Shown in pieces: positions 1 through 15,000 of a stretch of DNA of 52,855 bases. Position 1 is the stretch's first letter. Every line of letters begins with the position of its first letter. Source of the DNA: Callorhinchus milii (lineage: Eukaryota); the NCBI RefSeq assembly GCF_018977255.1, contig NW_024705342.1, positions 1 through 52,855 on the forward strand, given 5' to 3'. Under the pieces are notes generated by a model. That model was given only the letters and a program-made list of their open reading frames with translations, had not been told where the DNA came from and made no database searches. The translations under genes and the position numbers were made by a program.

Positions 1-3000
1 GGCCTAGACGGCTTTTGGCTACCTGGTTTATCGGACTAATGACGCTCGTAGTATGAGAATCTCCCACGTTATCGCAATAATATAATACAAGCTCGGGTTT
101 ATGCTGAGTTAAACAGGGCCGGTCGGGCTAAGGGTGATCTTGTCCATCTCCAGAAAGTAATGTTAGCTCAAAACCGTAACTTATTTGGAATCTTCGCTCT
201 TCGTTAGATACATGATACTATGTGCTGCCCCTATGGGCTCCACAGATGCAGCATCTGCCGGTCTATCTTTTCGAATACAGTTATATTACTGTTCGCCACC
301 GTCCTACCCATGGTCTGCGTGCTGGGCGTGTAGGCAATCTTAATACTCTATTCATACTCCCCGGTATTAGCCTCTGAGGAGAGCGGCCACGGCACAGGAT
401 TTCCGCAGCCTGGGAGATTGCGACTCTGTGCTGATCCACCCTCCGGGACAAATTGAATTGTTCGCTTCTTTTAGTGCATCACCCCCGTCAACACTCTTCA
501 ATCGTATGGTTATAGCTTATGGAGCCCAGCTTTCAAGACTCTACTCAGCTCGTGTGAAGTAGGGCCACGCGAGAGGGACTGTAGCGGACGGCTTACAAGC
601 GCTATGACAAGAATTGGGACCTTAAAAAACTGCCGATTCAGCGGGGCCAGATAGTAGGATTGTCACCCGGCTTAAGGTTTATCATATACAACACGGAATG
701 CCTTTATCGCATGGTTTGCCGGGGATTGGGATAATGTCAAAGTGCATCACTGGAGATTTTGCAGAAGCAAGCCTGCTCAGATGATTCCATATCTGTAGAA
801 CGGAACTTACTATTTCGGTCCATATGTAATCCGAGTTACTAGAAGAGTTGAAGCTCCTCCGCGGCGTGGCTCTACACATAGCAATATTCCACTAGCTAGA
901 TGATTGTCGCCGATTACCATGGTTAAATCAAGGCGTTCATTAATCTCCACACACTCAGGTTTCTTAGCCCCTATCTTCAGAGCCCAAGCATGCACTCTAC
1001 AGCGCGTGAGGTTACTCACTCGTAATTTTTAATGGCGAATAACTGGCCGAGAGCGTTAGATTCGAACACCGAAGTACGGGCTCCATTCCACCAACGCATT
1101 CAGAACCACAAAACCCATTTTCCCGAGGCTGACACATTGGTTGAATAGATAACCCATCAACTTTGCTATTGTATTCACATTTTCAAAAACCGCCATATAG
1201 ATTTCTCTCTATCGCATTGGCGATGTTCAGTTAGAGCGCCCAACGCCTGCGATAAGCTTCTTATATCAATAGTATAAATTTTCAACGACATACAATTACA
1301 AATGGGCTTCCGACCTTTACGACGGGAACGTTTGGACGATGTGTGTGCTTGTAGAACTTTATGTTAAGTGAGGTGGTGCACTACTAAATTGAGCGTATCG
1401 TGCACTGCCGAGAATTACCTTTCTTACTGCTATGTGCTGGTACAATGGGGAGAAATGTAACCTGCGTCCCCAGCTTGCTTCAAAGCACCCTCGGTAGGAT
1501 AGTGAGGTCCAGATTGGATTACGAAGATATAGTTAGGTTCGACTACCCACGGAGGTTCCGTTGAGACTTATTAACGTGAGACCTGGACACATATTTCTTG
1601 TAACCGTTATGGAATGATATTGGGCCATAAGTGCCCGAGGAGTCATAACAGCAATGATCCGCAGTAAGCGCCAATTAAATACCAAACGGTTCAGCATGCA
1701 AATTGTAGTGTGCCAGGTCATGAATTAGCGCCTCAAGTGACGCGGGACTGATCGCCATTGACTTCTTCAGCGTTACTTTAGGACTTGTACGTACTATGCA
1801 GCTAGAGGCGCGCAAACAGCGGACCTAAGCCAGCAAAGAAAAAAAGGACCCCGTTAAGACGCCGCCATAGGCGCAGTTTAAGCTTAGTTAGATTAGCGTC
1901 AGATGCTCGTTGCCGGGACCCGATAGGGGATTTAATACCAGGTAAGTTTTATGTATTCTAACTGGATTCCCGTCTTGATAGTAAAAGCAAACCACAACCA
2001 AAGCTTCCGCACAGAAGCAGACACTGCAACCTCATAATAGCGAGCAACTGGAAAATGCACGGGTAGGTGACTATCTCACCAAACCTTTCATCAGTAGAGG
2101 TCCGAGGACCAGAAGCACCTGGGCGATGCTACGGTGTGCTCCGACTCCGCATTGTATACCATCACCCGGCGTAAGAGATATGACTTTACACTGAGTTCCG
2201 GCTGGGGAATGAAAAATAGCCCGCGATGACCAGTTCGTGGTAATGTCTATTAAAATTGACTAGACGTAGGTTCGAGGAACTATCTGAATAAATTACCCGT
2301 ACTCGCGTGGTTTCTACATCCGAGAGAGCCGGCACCCAGGGAATGATCGCTAATCCTAACACAACGTTGGACACGATGCGATGAAAACATCCCGACGTAT
2401 GCGGAAAACATGACATTCTCAGCTGCTTATCCGGGTTCGCGAAAGACTCTAGAGGTGGGGGAAAAACTGCGTTAGACAGGCCGAGGGGGCTTTAGTGTTG
2501 AGGTCGTTATCACTTCGATCTCTGGTAAATCTTAGCGTATCATCGCTCGAGGATATCACTGGCTGATGCAATATGGTTCTTAGCGGATCCTAATTCGTCA
2601 TCGCATCATGCATAAGAATTAGCTGTCACGCAGGGGCCTTATGTCTTACTGACACGCTAGCATCCCGAGAACGTAGAGTCCTCGTATCTGGGGGAGATTA
2701 AAACGCGCCACACTCGTACGAGCGGATTTAAACCTTGTCGTACGTAGAAGTATAGAGTCTCCAAAGGTGAATTATAGTCCCAACAATATTCTACATGAGG
2801 CGATACAAACACCCGGTCGCGTCGAGTAATTCGATGGTCAACGAGAGCACACGTACGTCGAACCCCCTGATTTCTTCTGTGTTATGGGCAATAACGCAAG
2901 ATGTTCGTTTGATTACTAATACGGTCTCCTCCCTAGCGATGCACAACATAGTCGCAGAGCCAACAGCAAGGATATGCATATGAGCTCTATGTAAGGGGTC

Positions 3001-6000
3001 CCTGTGTCCAACCCTAGGGCATTGGTGGCTATTGAACCTCGTTGCGTTTGCCGTCATCTTAATTAAGCTACCTCGATTATATAAGTTGCATGAACCCTTC
3101 TATGACAGCTGACCCCTGTTACCGTATCTAAGGCATTATCAGGGCTGATGGACACTACATTAAATAACTGTAGTCGGTATTCTAGAAGAGATTGACCCGA
3201 TATACGCAATGGCATCGTAGCTGAGGGACACTAGGGTCACCATTGACTATGTGATTTGGTGGACGATCATGCCGGAGGACGGTAAATTCCGTATGGTTGA
3301 CTCGGGTTCCCTCTGATATTACGAGAGCAGACACCCGTAAACCGAGGTACTATGAACGCGTTTCTGGGCCGCTGGTTGCGTGGCGCCAGGTGGAATGTTT
3401 CGTCAGACCCTGTAATGCAAAATCGGGAAGCTGGTTAACGAAACAGTTGAGTTCTCAGTTGATTTATGGGATTGGCAGACAAGTGTAGAGGCTGCAGAGA
3501 GTAGCGGTATCATTAGGCGTCTAGTACGTGAGGACCTGTTAGACAGGTGGTCCCGTGCAAGTAGTTCGCTTGACGGAATTTCCGATAGCGGGATGGGCCT
3601 TCACACTGAGCCATCACTGTACCGCTTCATTACTACATGGCCCTATGCGCTAGTATTAAGTACCCCCCCGGAGTATACATCCTCGTCATCAGCATGCAGC
3701 TGCAAAACGAAGAGACGAATCAACCTGGCCGGCTGCTAGCAGATGAACCGCTCTTTAATAGACAGATCGAACAGCCAGATAATGGTGCGTCAAGGACTAA
3801 GGACTTAAAGGATTAATATAATAAAAGGTTATACTTGATATGCAAGCATGGGACGACGTTTATTTGCCAGGCCATTGTTCCATCGGGGGGTGTACGTAAG
3901 GGAACTACGAGTATAGACGTTGGTCGGTATTAGCGACGAGGTGCATTACTTTATAATACATCGAAGTAGGAACGTTCACTTGCCGTGCGGAAATGTCGTA
4001 CGGGTAACTAAAGGTCCTTGCTCGTTCTACTACAGCAAGGAGAGTAGAGCACGATCGTTCACACACACTCTAGGAACCCTGCATTCACTTCTATACCCTA
4101 GTCAGGATACATCAGAGTCCGTCGATGATCCAAAGTATCATTATGCTCCTGCTCTGAGCAGTATTCGCAGGTGTTTTAGTCGAATCCAGTTTTTGCGAAA
4201 GGCACAGCCAGAGTGGCCCTCCACATGAGGAAGGTGTAATTAGTCTATTAAAGCCGGATTCCTTTGCCTTCATGGGCTGATGCGCAACGTCTAAAACCTT
4301 CCGATCAGCGAGAACGCTAAGAGTGAGAAGTTCGGAGAGGTATCTAAATGCGCTTTTCTGTGCAGGATCGGGTTGTATCTCCATCGTAAGTATAGAGCTG
4401 CGCGCGTTTACAGTGTGACCTCTGTGAATTCGGTCGTACAGAAAAACGGTTCAGTTTCGGTTCAAGGCGAAGATTGAAGGTTTGATAAATAACCAAAAAG
4501 AATTGTATCCTCGATTCACCAATACTGCAACGGCTTGGAGGTCAACTTGGATCTACCAGCAAATTATCGAGCAGTGTAAAGAGGGATTCGACGACGTACC
4601 GTATAATCCGAATTAAACGAGAGAGCCCGGCGGGGACTCAATACCTTGTCAGCCCGATGTCAGGTAAATCAACGCAGACAAGAGATGTGCGTGCGAATCC
4701 GCTACCATCAACCAATATATCTTGATCTTCACAGCATATTAGAGCAGCGCCCAAATTCGCATAGCGGTCCTTTCGAACGCTCTTCGAGCTCAGAAGTGTC
4801 TTTGTTACAGCCCCGGCGTCCAACGTCCGTATGGATATATCGAGCACACGATGCTGCACTGGCTGTCGCAACTCCAACATCTGTGACCGCAAGCCTGCAT
4901 TTCTCGGAGCGCGGTCGTTCGTCCAGGACGTCAGAATGGTTCGAGCTGACGTCAGCTAGAAAAACCATACCAAATCTGGCGTTGGCGGTCATAGACCCTG
5001 AGGGTTAGGAGACTGATTCACACTACCCACGCCCTAAGAGTAATCAACTAGCCTACCGGACCATCTGACAGCTCATCCAAAGTTTTAGTATATCAACAAG
5101 GAGGCTCAAGACTAAAATACCACGCAACGCTTTTGATTGTCTTACTGCGCGCACAAGTAGAATTGCAGTCATCATCCCGTCAATTTGCATTAACAACGGT
5201 AACCGAAATATTGCAGGCATCATTATGGCACGTACGCCACGCCGGTCTAGTAACCATTACTACCTTTGGACCACGTATGGCACACCTTATTCCACCCCGA
5301 AATGAGATACCCCGTGATAAGTTGGGACCGTCCCCCTTTCTGCCACGACTATCACCGCGGACTCGCCTGACGCACACGCGGGGGCGAACTTTCATTATCG
5401 TATGCGATGCTTCGTCGCTTCAGCTGGCGAAAAGAAGCAACTGCCATCATCGCCTCAGTACACGATGGAGATTTTAACCGTCAACAGCCGCAAGTTTGGT
5501 AGACGCTCTCAATCTTCCATGATTAGCAACGGTCGTTTTTGACGACGGTTAAGGAGGACCGCAATTAACGAAGAAGCCTACTCCAGACTCGGCTCTACCC
5601 ACACTACAGGAGACGCTACAAAGATCTATCTTGGACTCGATACTCCCGCCACCATAAGGATAGGCAATACGATTACAGAGTATAGGTATGTAGAAGGCTA
5701 AGCTACGACTGCTGAAACGGTCGACGAAACCAATTGGACAGATGATTTGGCTAAACCTAACTGGTTGCAGTGCAATATGCTATCCGGAAGACAGTGGCCA
5801 AGCGGATGATCGGCCTTTTTCATATGGCAGCTAAAATGCAATGGCACGCCTTGGGAAAAGATATCTTGGGCGTGAAAAGTCACCGATGCCGCAGTCTGAT
5901 GGTATTCGAGTAACTATTGGAGTTGCCAACGTTGTACTTAAATTAGTAATGGAGTCGACGACTTACACCTCAATCCTTATCGACTCGTGAGCCATTGCGG

Positions 6001-9000
6001 ACATTAAATGGCTAATTAGGAGCGCTAGAGGTAGGCAAAGAACTGCACCCGTACGGAAATCAAGACCGCTTAAGAGCAGCTAAAGTCTGCCCTGGTGTCG
6101 AGACGCGACCGCATTAGTCGCTATTTCTTGGATGAAGGATTCCTCTCGGACAGCGGTCTGCTCCAGTCAACGACAACACCTTCATAGGCTGAGAACTAAG
6201 TGCTAACTGGGTAATCGTCCAGGGAACCGACTAGCCTTACTTTTGTGACTATGTGGGTGTGGACGTCTTATCTCTGGTGGCGAGAGTTGACAGAGCGTCG
6301 GGGACAGGACCATGGGCTCATACAGTGACACTATGAAGTAATGACATTTTTTTTTAAGAGCGACCTGTATTTAAGTGCGCCAGTATTCAGGAGCTCACGG
6401 GAATCAAGACGCCACTGCGACGTCAAGCTGTTAGTGAACAATCTGATCCTAATGTCAAAGAAACAAAGCTACCTATGTGTTCCATAACTAAAGTAAATTC
6501 GTGTCACCACGACAAGATTTTTACGGAGATTAGGGGCTTATTTCAAAATACTAGCTGGCGAATCTAATCACGTAAGTGGTTAGAACCTTTAAGACGCAGT
6601 TCGCGATTAGCTGCTAATCCACAGTCACCGAGGTTTTTCGTCGACGTTGCCAATACTCCGTAGGATGGGAAGTTAATTTCGATCGTAACGCTAGAATCTA
6701 CTCGCGTCAATTTTACAGCATGGCAGTCCCGCGGTTACCCACACTGGGACCATATTTGCACCATTGACCATTTTAGCGTGGGGTTACCGACGCGTTGTAG
6801 GACGGATAAGGCAGGTGAACGAACCCCGTCTATCCATAGCTTAAATCCCCTCTTACATCGACGGACTTTACGTTTCCGGTATTTTTTTCGAGGGATGAGA
6901 GCAGGAGATTCCAAAGTTGACGGCAGCCGAGCCTGCGCAAAGCACGTCGTTAGTCGCTGATTCCTATTTTTAATTTTCCGAAGTAGTAAGGATCTGCGCT
7001 ACAAATATGGTAGCGGTGCCAGTCACACAGGCGCGTTGTGTGGTTCTTCTAACATGCCGCACGGAGGGGTAATCTTGTACGGCTCCGAGATGTCTGTAGG
7101 GATCTTGCGTTTCCCCCCGTTAAGGAGGACCATCACGGGCGCAAACAACATCTGACTCCGCTTATCACTCAAAGTAGCATTAACAGTCGCTCGGGCCGGC
7201 CGACCGCGGGCTCTAGGTTCTTGTGTCAATAAGATGTAACCAATGGAATATGGCCACTTGAGAACGTCGCGAGTATGCCACCCTTTTTTCCAAAAGTTTA
7301 TTGTAAGGACTTGCAAGCACAGCTACGTCGTCTCGCTTGAATATGTTTGATATTCCAACGTCATGTTAGTGAGGTTCACTAGTAAAATCGCCATGTAGCC
7401 CGACAAACGGCTAAAAATCGGAATCCCGAATCGGCGTATAGATGACAGTGAAAGATATCCCTTGATAGGAATTTGTCCCCCTTTGCTCAGGTAAGGCCGG
7501 TTCTGGTCCCATGAATATACTAAATACCTAGTCTGTAAAGCTATAGTTTTATTTGAAGTATAACTTGAGCACAGAAAGAATGCCGAGCAATCTTACTCGT
7601 CTGGTTTTGCCCTCTAGAGCACCCGTATAGTTGGCACTCAAACCGCCTATGCGGGAGGATTCGAGCCACGGGTGTTTTTCAAGCAATTTACACACTCGTA
7701 CTCTTAAATCCTGTACTATATTTGTTCTCGCTAAACGGAGTTTTACCGCATAGGACGCGTCACGGAGTGCTTGAGTGCGGCCAGGGCTGGTTAGTAGAAA
7801 GTGGCGCACTGCATCGTCCCATTGGGCGTATTCTGCAAATCGAGTAACCCGTGTAGCCCTACTTTCTAAGCAAGAACAGGGCACCGGCTGGCCTCCAAAC
7901 CTGTTGAGGTCGTTCATAGACGACAGATCCGAATCCGTACATCCTACCTACAATTAGCTCTGTATCATCGTAGCGGCGGTCAACATATGTCACGGAAAGC
8001 GTTGGCCGCTATCGATGTACTAGCATGAGTAACGCCTAGCGCCAAGCCACGCTTGAGTTCGACACGACGTCGATCCGAGAAATCCTCGGGTACCAGGATG
8101 GACGACAGTTCAGTGTACCACAGGATTACTACAATAATTTATGAGGGGTACGAGATGAATATGTAGGGGTTTCACCCCGCCCTCTGTCGGTAACCAGGGG
8201 CGTAATAAGGTCGACTGATAGAGGTATGATCACAATGGGAGAGAGGTCGCCCTCACCACGACTGTTTGGCTTAGATGTCGGGCAAGATGATTTAGCCCAG
8301 ACGGGGCAAAGAGTAATCCCGGTGTACGCAAAATCGGGTCCCCTGACCCGATCAAGGCTAGCGACTATGGCGAGAAAAAATCGATCAAGAGCCGTACGCA
8401 ATCGAAGACAATCAAAACCCAAGCCCCGACTTACCCAATTCGCGAGTGACGTCCACGATCGCGGCTCAGGGACGAGGGGGTAACACGCATAACGACACCA
8501 TCCTCGCGGGGCGCATTTCTGGAGCGACCTTAGGGGTGACATTATCTGATCTTTGACAACTTGCCCTTACCCGCGGGATAATCCCATGGAGATTCACTGA
8601 GATCGGCCTTGCGGTGTCCAATTTAACTTTACACGTACGATCCCACCCCGACTCACTCTTTCGCTCTCACGTCAATGGTACTAGTCTGGCAAGTCTCGCG
8701 GAAAGTTAACAATACGCGAAGGGTGATTTGCCAAAGGACTGTATAATTGAACGAGCCTAAAGTACAGGACTAAATACAGATCACGGGCCATCTCATTGGA
8801 ATATTGTCTTGCCTAAAGAAACGACGATAACCTCGGGCGTTTATTAAACTACGGTCCGGAAAGTGACGCAGTCGGGACGCTATCTCGCCCGGTAAGATAT
8901 CTTATAGTACGCGAATCTAAGTATGAACGGCAGTACCTAGCCGGTTGTTCCGAACCCAGTAGATCAGCCGGGAACTAACTGCGAGGGGCAAAAGCCGCCC

Positions 9001-12000
9001 GCAATGACCAAAGGTCTTTTTTGCGACGTACGACCCCGAGAGCTTCAGTTTACACGATAAACGATTTAGCCATGTTGCTGGGTAGATAGTGCCACGCTTA
9101 GCTTGAGGCTACCGGATCTAATGTTACAGAGCGTCCCGCAGTGACTTTCTTAGGGCATATTGAGATACCAGAGCTACGGGTGTACCTTCCTCCTGCTACT
9201 TGGCTCGTCTTGTAATTAATCGGATCGGAAGCCTCTGCTGGGTTAAGCTATATAAAAAACAATTTTGCGGGGAGTGGCTACACGGACTTGCTGCCATTTA
9301 ATTGCCTATGGTTACCGCACATGTGTCGCCACGGAAGAGTGTGTATCCCCCTGATTATGGGAGGTCTCCGTCCGCAGGATGGACCGCACAGGCGCACTGC
9401 CCTCATGCGCCTTAAAACCTCTCATATAGTACCAAATCATCGTAGAGCGTGGGTGCGTAGGCTCGGGCCCTAACTGGGTTATAGTACTAATTTATTGAAT
9501 CTCCAGCAATCTTTGATCGGACGAGCACAAAGTAAAAACATCCTGGGACTTTGTGCAAACATTGTCGTGAAGTATCGAAGAACTACCGGCGGGTTAAAGC
9601 TAAAGTGGATTAACGAGAGTGAGGTAGAGAGTCGGTCCATAACGCTTATACAGAAAACGGGTATTGCCGGGCGTGCCCTGCCAATCTAAGATATTGATCC
9701 GTAATTACTCAGAAATGTCTACCACTAATGTTCGCGCCATAGACACCGCCGGGTCGCCTCGAGATAGTAAAACATGCAGACCTAGACCCTTAAAAAACGA
9801 CGAGCAAGGTACGAGCCTGACGAGCTTCTGTTTTACACGGCCCTGAAAGGAGATCCCTCAATTACCGAGCAATCGTGTGCTTCGGGTGCTATCCGGGATA
9901 AGGCGATCTGTATAACTCCAAGTCTAACTATTTAAAATCATTGTGATGAGGCAACCTGTACGGTCGTCGAAGATGAGCAAGTCACGGGTGGCGCGATCGG
10001 CGTCCCGCGTAATTCCGCATTCCGAGTTCAGGTTGTATGTAGCCTTTATGGGGCTGAAATAGACTGAGCCTCGAAAACGGCGACCGCTCTTACCCAACTT
10101 GACTTAATTTTCGGAGCTCGGAAGACTATAGGCGTTTAATGCGTATTCATAACGCTTAGAACGCGAGGTCACGACTAAAGTGAGGGGGCTACTGTGGTTT
10201 TATGGCCGCCATATTTCAATAACATAATACACTTCTTGCCATGCATTGTTTGTAACTGCATTCGGATGTTCGGCATATCGCCAACAAAGAACACAGGGAA
10301 CTCTAGACCCATTATCCTCACCAGCGTCCGCCCCAAATTCTTTTGGATAGGACAGCGGATTCTAAGGACCATACTTCCGCCACCTGAACACCGTAAGACA
10401 TTGCCAAGTCTCTTATCCACTGAAGATAGTTACTAGTGGCACGGAGGCGTCACCTGCGGGTGATCAACAAGTCTAAGTGATATGCGTAGGACTGCTGAAG
10501 TTGAAGCACAAGATCTAACACCGCGAGGATACTCTCGATAATTTGAAACTATCGACTCCCAATACCTAACCAATAAATACACGATGTAATCCTTTGAAGT
10601 GCGGTTCGGCGGAACCCCCCCTGTTTCGTTGCAGCCTGCGCTAGTTTGACTTGCGTGTATTCAGGTTGCGTCTCAGAGCGGCCAGCAGATCGGAGAGGCT
10701 CGAGATAGAAATTTTCCTAACTTTGTAACATGCTCATTGCGTTGATCGGCAATGGTGGAGCAAGCCAGACAGCAGAAGTCCAACGGGATGTGCTATGAGT
10801 GGCTAAAAGCGTATACTCCAACCCGGCTCGCCACAGAGGCGCCCGTCGAATTAGCAGAATGTCTACGACTCAAGAGAAAATTTGCAGTCACCTATGACCT
10901 TTCTGGATACGGTCTCCTGAAGGAGTGTTTCCTGCACGTGTAGGTTCAACGGACTGTCTGCCGCAGCTTTCGCATTGATCATTGACCAGTGAGAATCAAG
11001 AACACCTCGATAGAGCACGCATCATGATCCAACCGAGTTGGTCGAACGTCCGCGTCTAGATTCAAGGTCTACATTAATTGGCGATCTGCTTAAGGCCATT
11101 ACACACGCGCCCTGCCCCAATAGAATCTAAGGCGACAGACGGACACCACCGGGGTAGATCCCCGGAAACATATAGTGACAGCCCCTGAAGCCTCTGGAAG
11201 TTTCAAGGGGTATGTAAGTGATTACTACTCCATACTCTTGTTGTGCCCAGCATCTCAACAAGCCGGACACGTCCTAAAGAGACGATTCGAGCCTGATGGA
11301 CATACTTTGATGTTTTATCGATCCGGTGTGCCTAGTCCAACGGGGGGCGAGGTCGAGTAATCAATTTGCGAAGTAAGGACTCTGTTAGGTCGTAGCGTCT
11401 TATGTGTCGTTGAGAGTGACACTCCTTGGCATAGAGCGTTGAATACCTTAGCCTTCTAAATACGCATTGTCTATACACGCCCGCTATGGACCCTCCATCT
11501 CGATACCCAAGTCACAAGGACGACCCCTTGCTTGCGACGTATTCGCTAATCGCCAAGTCGGGAGTCCGTTTATGGGGCCCGTCGTTGGCATCTACTATGT
11601 ATCGGATCCTCGGGGCCTAATCGCTGGCAGCCATTGGTCGTGCATACTTCTGTTGCTCGGAGCTAATTGCCATACAAGACCTGCGCCCTCGGTCAGTGGA
11701 CTGCTGGTTCTCACACTGAAAACGGCACCCCTTTAGACGTCGGCACAGGCGTTGGTCCAGCTGAACCTGGTCAAGACCGGACCATAACAGGGAATAATTC
11801 CGACGAATCAATAGGCCGGTCAGGACGCCTGATACCTTGTTTCTGACTGCCACATGTTCGAATGGCACTTCGAGCTGGTGATCATCGGCCTTAACTCATT
11901 TTTGGCCGTTTTCAAGAGGGGGTCTCGAGAACAGGAAATCGGTTTGCAGTGCGGCCTATAACCTTAAGGCTCAGTGCCCGACTGGTCGCTCGGTTTCGGA

Positions 12001-15000
12001 TTACTCTACGGTGCAAGTTCATGAGCGACTGGCAAGGTAACCTGGAAAGGGCATCGCCGTGGTATGGAAGGTACAATGATTTCTGTTGAGTACACGAATG
12101 ATCGGACAACAGGTGCACCGTGTACAATCAGGACTCGTTCGAATGAACACTAGCCAAAGGAAAGGTGATGCTCCGAGGCAACCATACACCTTTAGGGGGC
12201 TAGGTACGCGCTACTTTGATGAACGGACTCCTTGATCCACGACCATATTCGTCACCAACGACCTGTCGTCATATATCGACGGTGGATCAGGGGGCCGCGG
12301 TTTGTATTCGTAGTCCTCTGCCTCAGTGGAGCTGTACTTAAATGTGACACGTAGAGGAAAAAGAAGATACAACCAAAACGAGGAGCAGAGGGCACATACT
12401 ACCTACGTGCAACGTACGGAACCTATCTTAAAGGGATCCGGCGGTCAAAAGCGGGTGAACAGAGATGCGGTTGGTGAATCATCAACGATCGAGTAACGAT
12501 TCATGCCTAGTTAGACGCAACGAGGAAAACTGTAGGAATGGCTTTGAACACGCAGTTGTCCTGCAGACTTAGTCTGTAGATTGGCCTGGGGAGAACTTGG
12601 GATTAAGGAAATTAATGGTAAGAATGGAGCCGGTCTAATGCCGTAGATGTGCTCAACACCTGCACAGCTAGGCGCACAAAGTAAGCCTTAGTATAAGCTA
12701 GTCCCAAGATATGCCCGGATAGTCACATGCTGCTGTTTCCGAGCGTTACTCTGTTTTTGCGGACCTCGTTTTAGGAGGACTTTCCGCTCGGCTAAAAACG
12801 TCCGTACTGTCGAGCTTACGAACAATCTGTAGAGCTCGGTGGCAGCCCGAGCTGTTCGACACGCGGGTTTTTATCGCCCGATACTTGACTTCTAAACTTT
12901 TATCGGCGAAAACGCAAGGAACGCAACCTCCAACGAGTAGGTATTTTATACTGTCTAATATAATAAGCTGCGGAGCTCAACTCCATATCGATCGCCATTT
13001 ACACAAGGAAGTCGGCATTTACGAGAGAAGTCTGACCAGCCTGTAGCCCGAAAGCTCAAAAAATATTAATGTTGGACACTACAGCATATAATTAGCGCCA
13101 TGGCCACCCTTGGGATTCGTTTTATCTCCACAATTTCTTGTACTATCGTACAATGTAAAAGGTTCTGATTGCGTTTGATAGGGGGCTTTCCGGGATCTTT
13201 GTGCTTCAAAGAAACGACACAAAAGCCTTCGTTCTCTTTTTACTCGGATCGATGAGTGCGGCAAGGGATCAGGGAATCGCAAGGTAATGATATAGACGAG
13301 AAGTTAGGACCAATTATAAGGCGTCGTTGTTCATTAGCTTTACAGTATGCAAACAACAATATTCGCAGCGTGGCTGTTGGAATGCGAGCATCCATTTACA
13401 TGCAGATGTACCTGTAAAATATCCATTAGCACCCCTGGACGATACAGGGAACTTGTACTTGCAGGGTATCCCCGACTCGTTGCGACTAGTGAAGGGCCTG
13501 CAGACCGACACGTTTTGTCATAGGCCCATGCGCAACGCGTACGAGAGCCCCACGATAAGCCTGACATCGGAACGGGTTGAGGGAGGCGTTTCTTCCTACC
13601 CAAATCATACTTCGGCCGCGGTATTTTTAAATGACAAGATGCCACTTTGTCTGGTCCGAGCCCGACGTGGGCTGTACGGTCATGAAAGCACAGGGGCCGC
13701 CGCAATCGGATTCCTGTCCTCCGACATGCGTCCGAGACCCTAATAAGAGACGGGATTAAGCAGCCCTCGAGGAAATGCCCATGGTCAAAATATTCCCTGA
13801 AAAAAGCTCATGCCGAAGACCATAGACTGCGCGCATATGAACAGAAAAAGGCTTGGACTAACATAAGGTCTGCCCTTACTGGAATTGCCCGTGTCTCTAT
13901 TGGGGTTAGAAGGTATCCATACGGTTGCTTTCATGGCCGGATTGCCAGGGAGGCTCTTTCAGAATTTTGCCCTACGAAACGATGAGTTTGGGTCTGTGTA
14001 TGATCTTACGATGCCACTGTCAGAACAGGCGATCTGAAAGATCGCGCCGCGGTTCACAGTGGCACTAGCCGTCAGACGCTCAATGATTAAATCCTAACTC
14101 AGTCATAACGTCCAAATGGTCGTCGGCGGCCGGCACTGGCTTTGATCACCGGAGACAATGTTGCACGGCCCGTATGTCATTCTATCCATCGTGAGCGGCA
14201 GTTTTATCGGGGTAGAATTATCAACAAATGAAGAATGACCGGGAGCTTTGACGCCCCGCTAGAGATATTCCTAACCGATGTCAATCCGTCCCTGTCCTGG
14301 GCCTGGTCAGATGCCCAGGGAAACGTATGACGTGACGTTGAGGCCACTGATCGACGCCTAACATATATACGAACGTACGCTGTCTTTTCACCTCGGGTAA
14401 AAAGATCTCAGGTCGAAGATGAAGCCATTAGAATAGACTGTTCGGAGAGGGCTATAGGGTGCTCCCTTTATCAGTATAGCATAATGGTCGCATTTGGCCA
14501 GTGTTGAGAGCACCAGGTTGCAATATATATGCTGCGAAGTCCCAAGGAAATGACAGGGATCAAGCCTTTAGAGTAAACTGCAATGTCTTGGAGTGGCAAA
14601 GCCATCGCGAAGATAAATGGTCTACTGCCTGCCATAGGGCATATGTCCCGGAGGACATAGCTTTGTAAAAAAGCTAGTTACGGGTCTTCCTTCTAACGGC
14701 GTTTAGACCTGGTAAATGTTTGCCTCTCGTGGCGTGTAAAGCCGACTGGACACCGTATCGTAATCAAGCCAACTGTGAATTCATAGGTTTGTCCCCGAGA
14801 GCCAACCCTATGCCCTGGGTTGTTTAGTTAAGTCGCTTGGTAGGCTCATGCGCTGACCGAGGGTCGCATAAAATATGGAAGTCCTGGGCGACACCAATAT
14901 AGGGGTGAATCATACTGATTCTAACACATGCCTTCGTCAAGGGGCGATGGACTACAATCGATTAGTTTTTCGCGATTTTGCTCGAACAGGGGAGATAATC

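Noticed and set aside
9797..9827. ACGAGC three times in ~30 bp (similarly CAGAAG three times near 24144)
   Set aside because: Short, irregularly spaced and expected occasionally in 32 kb; not a CRISPR or iteron array.
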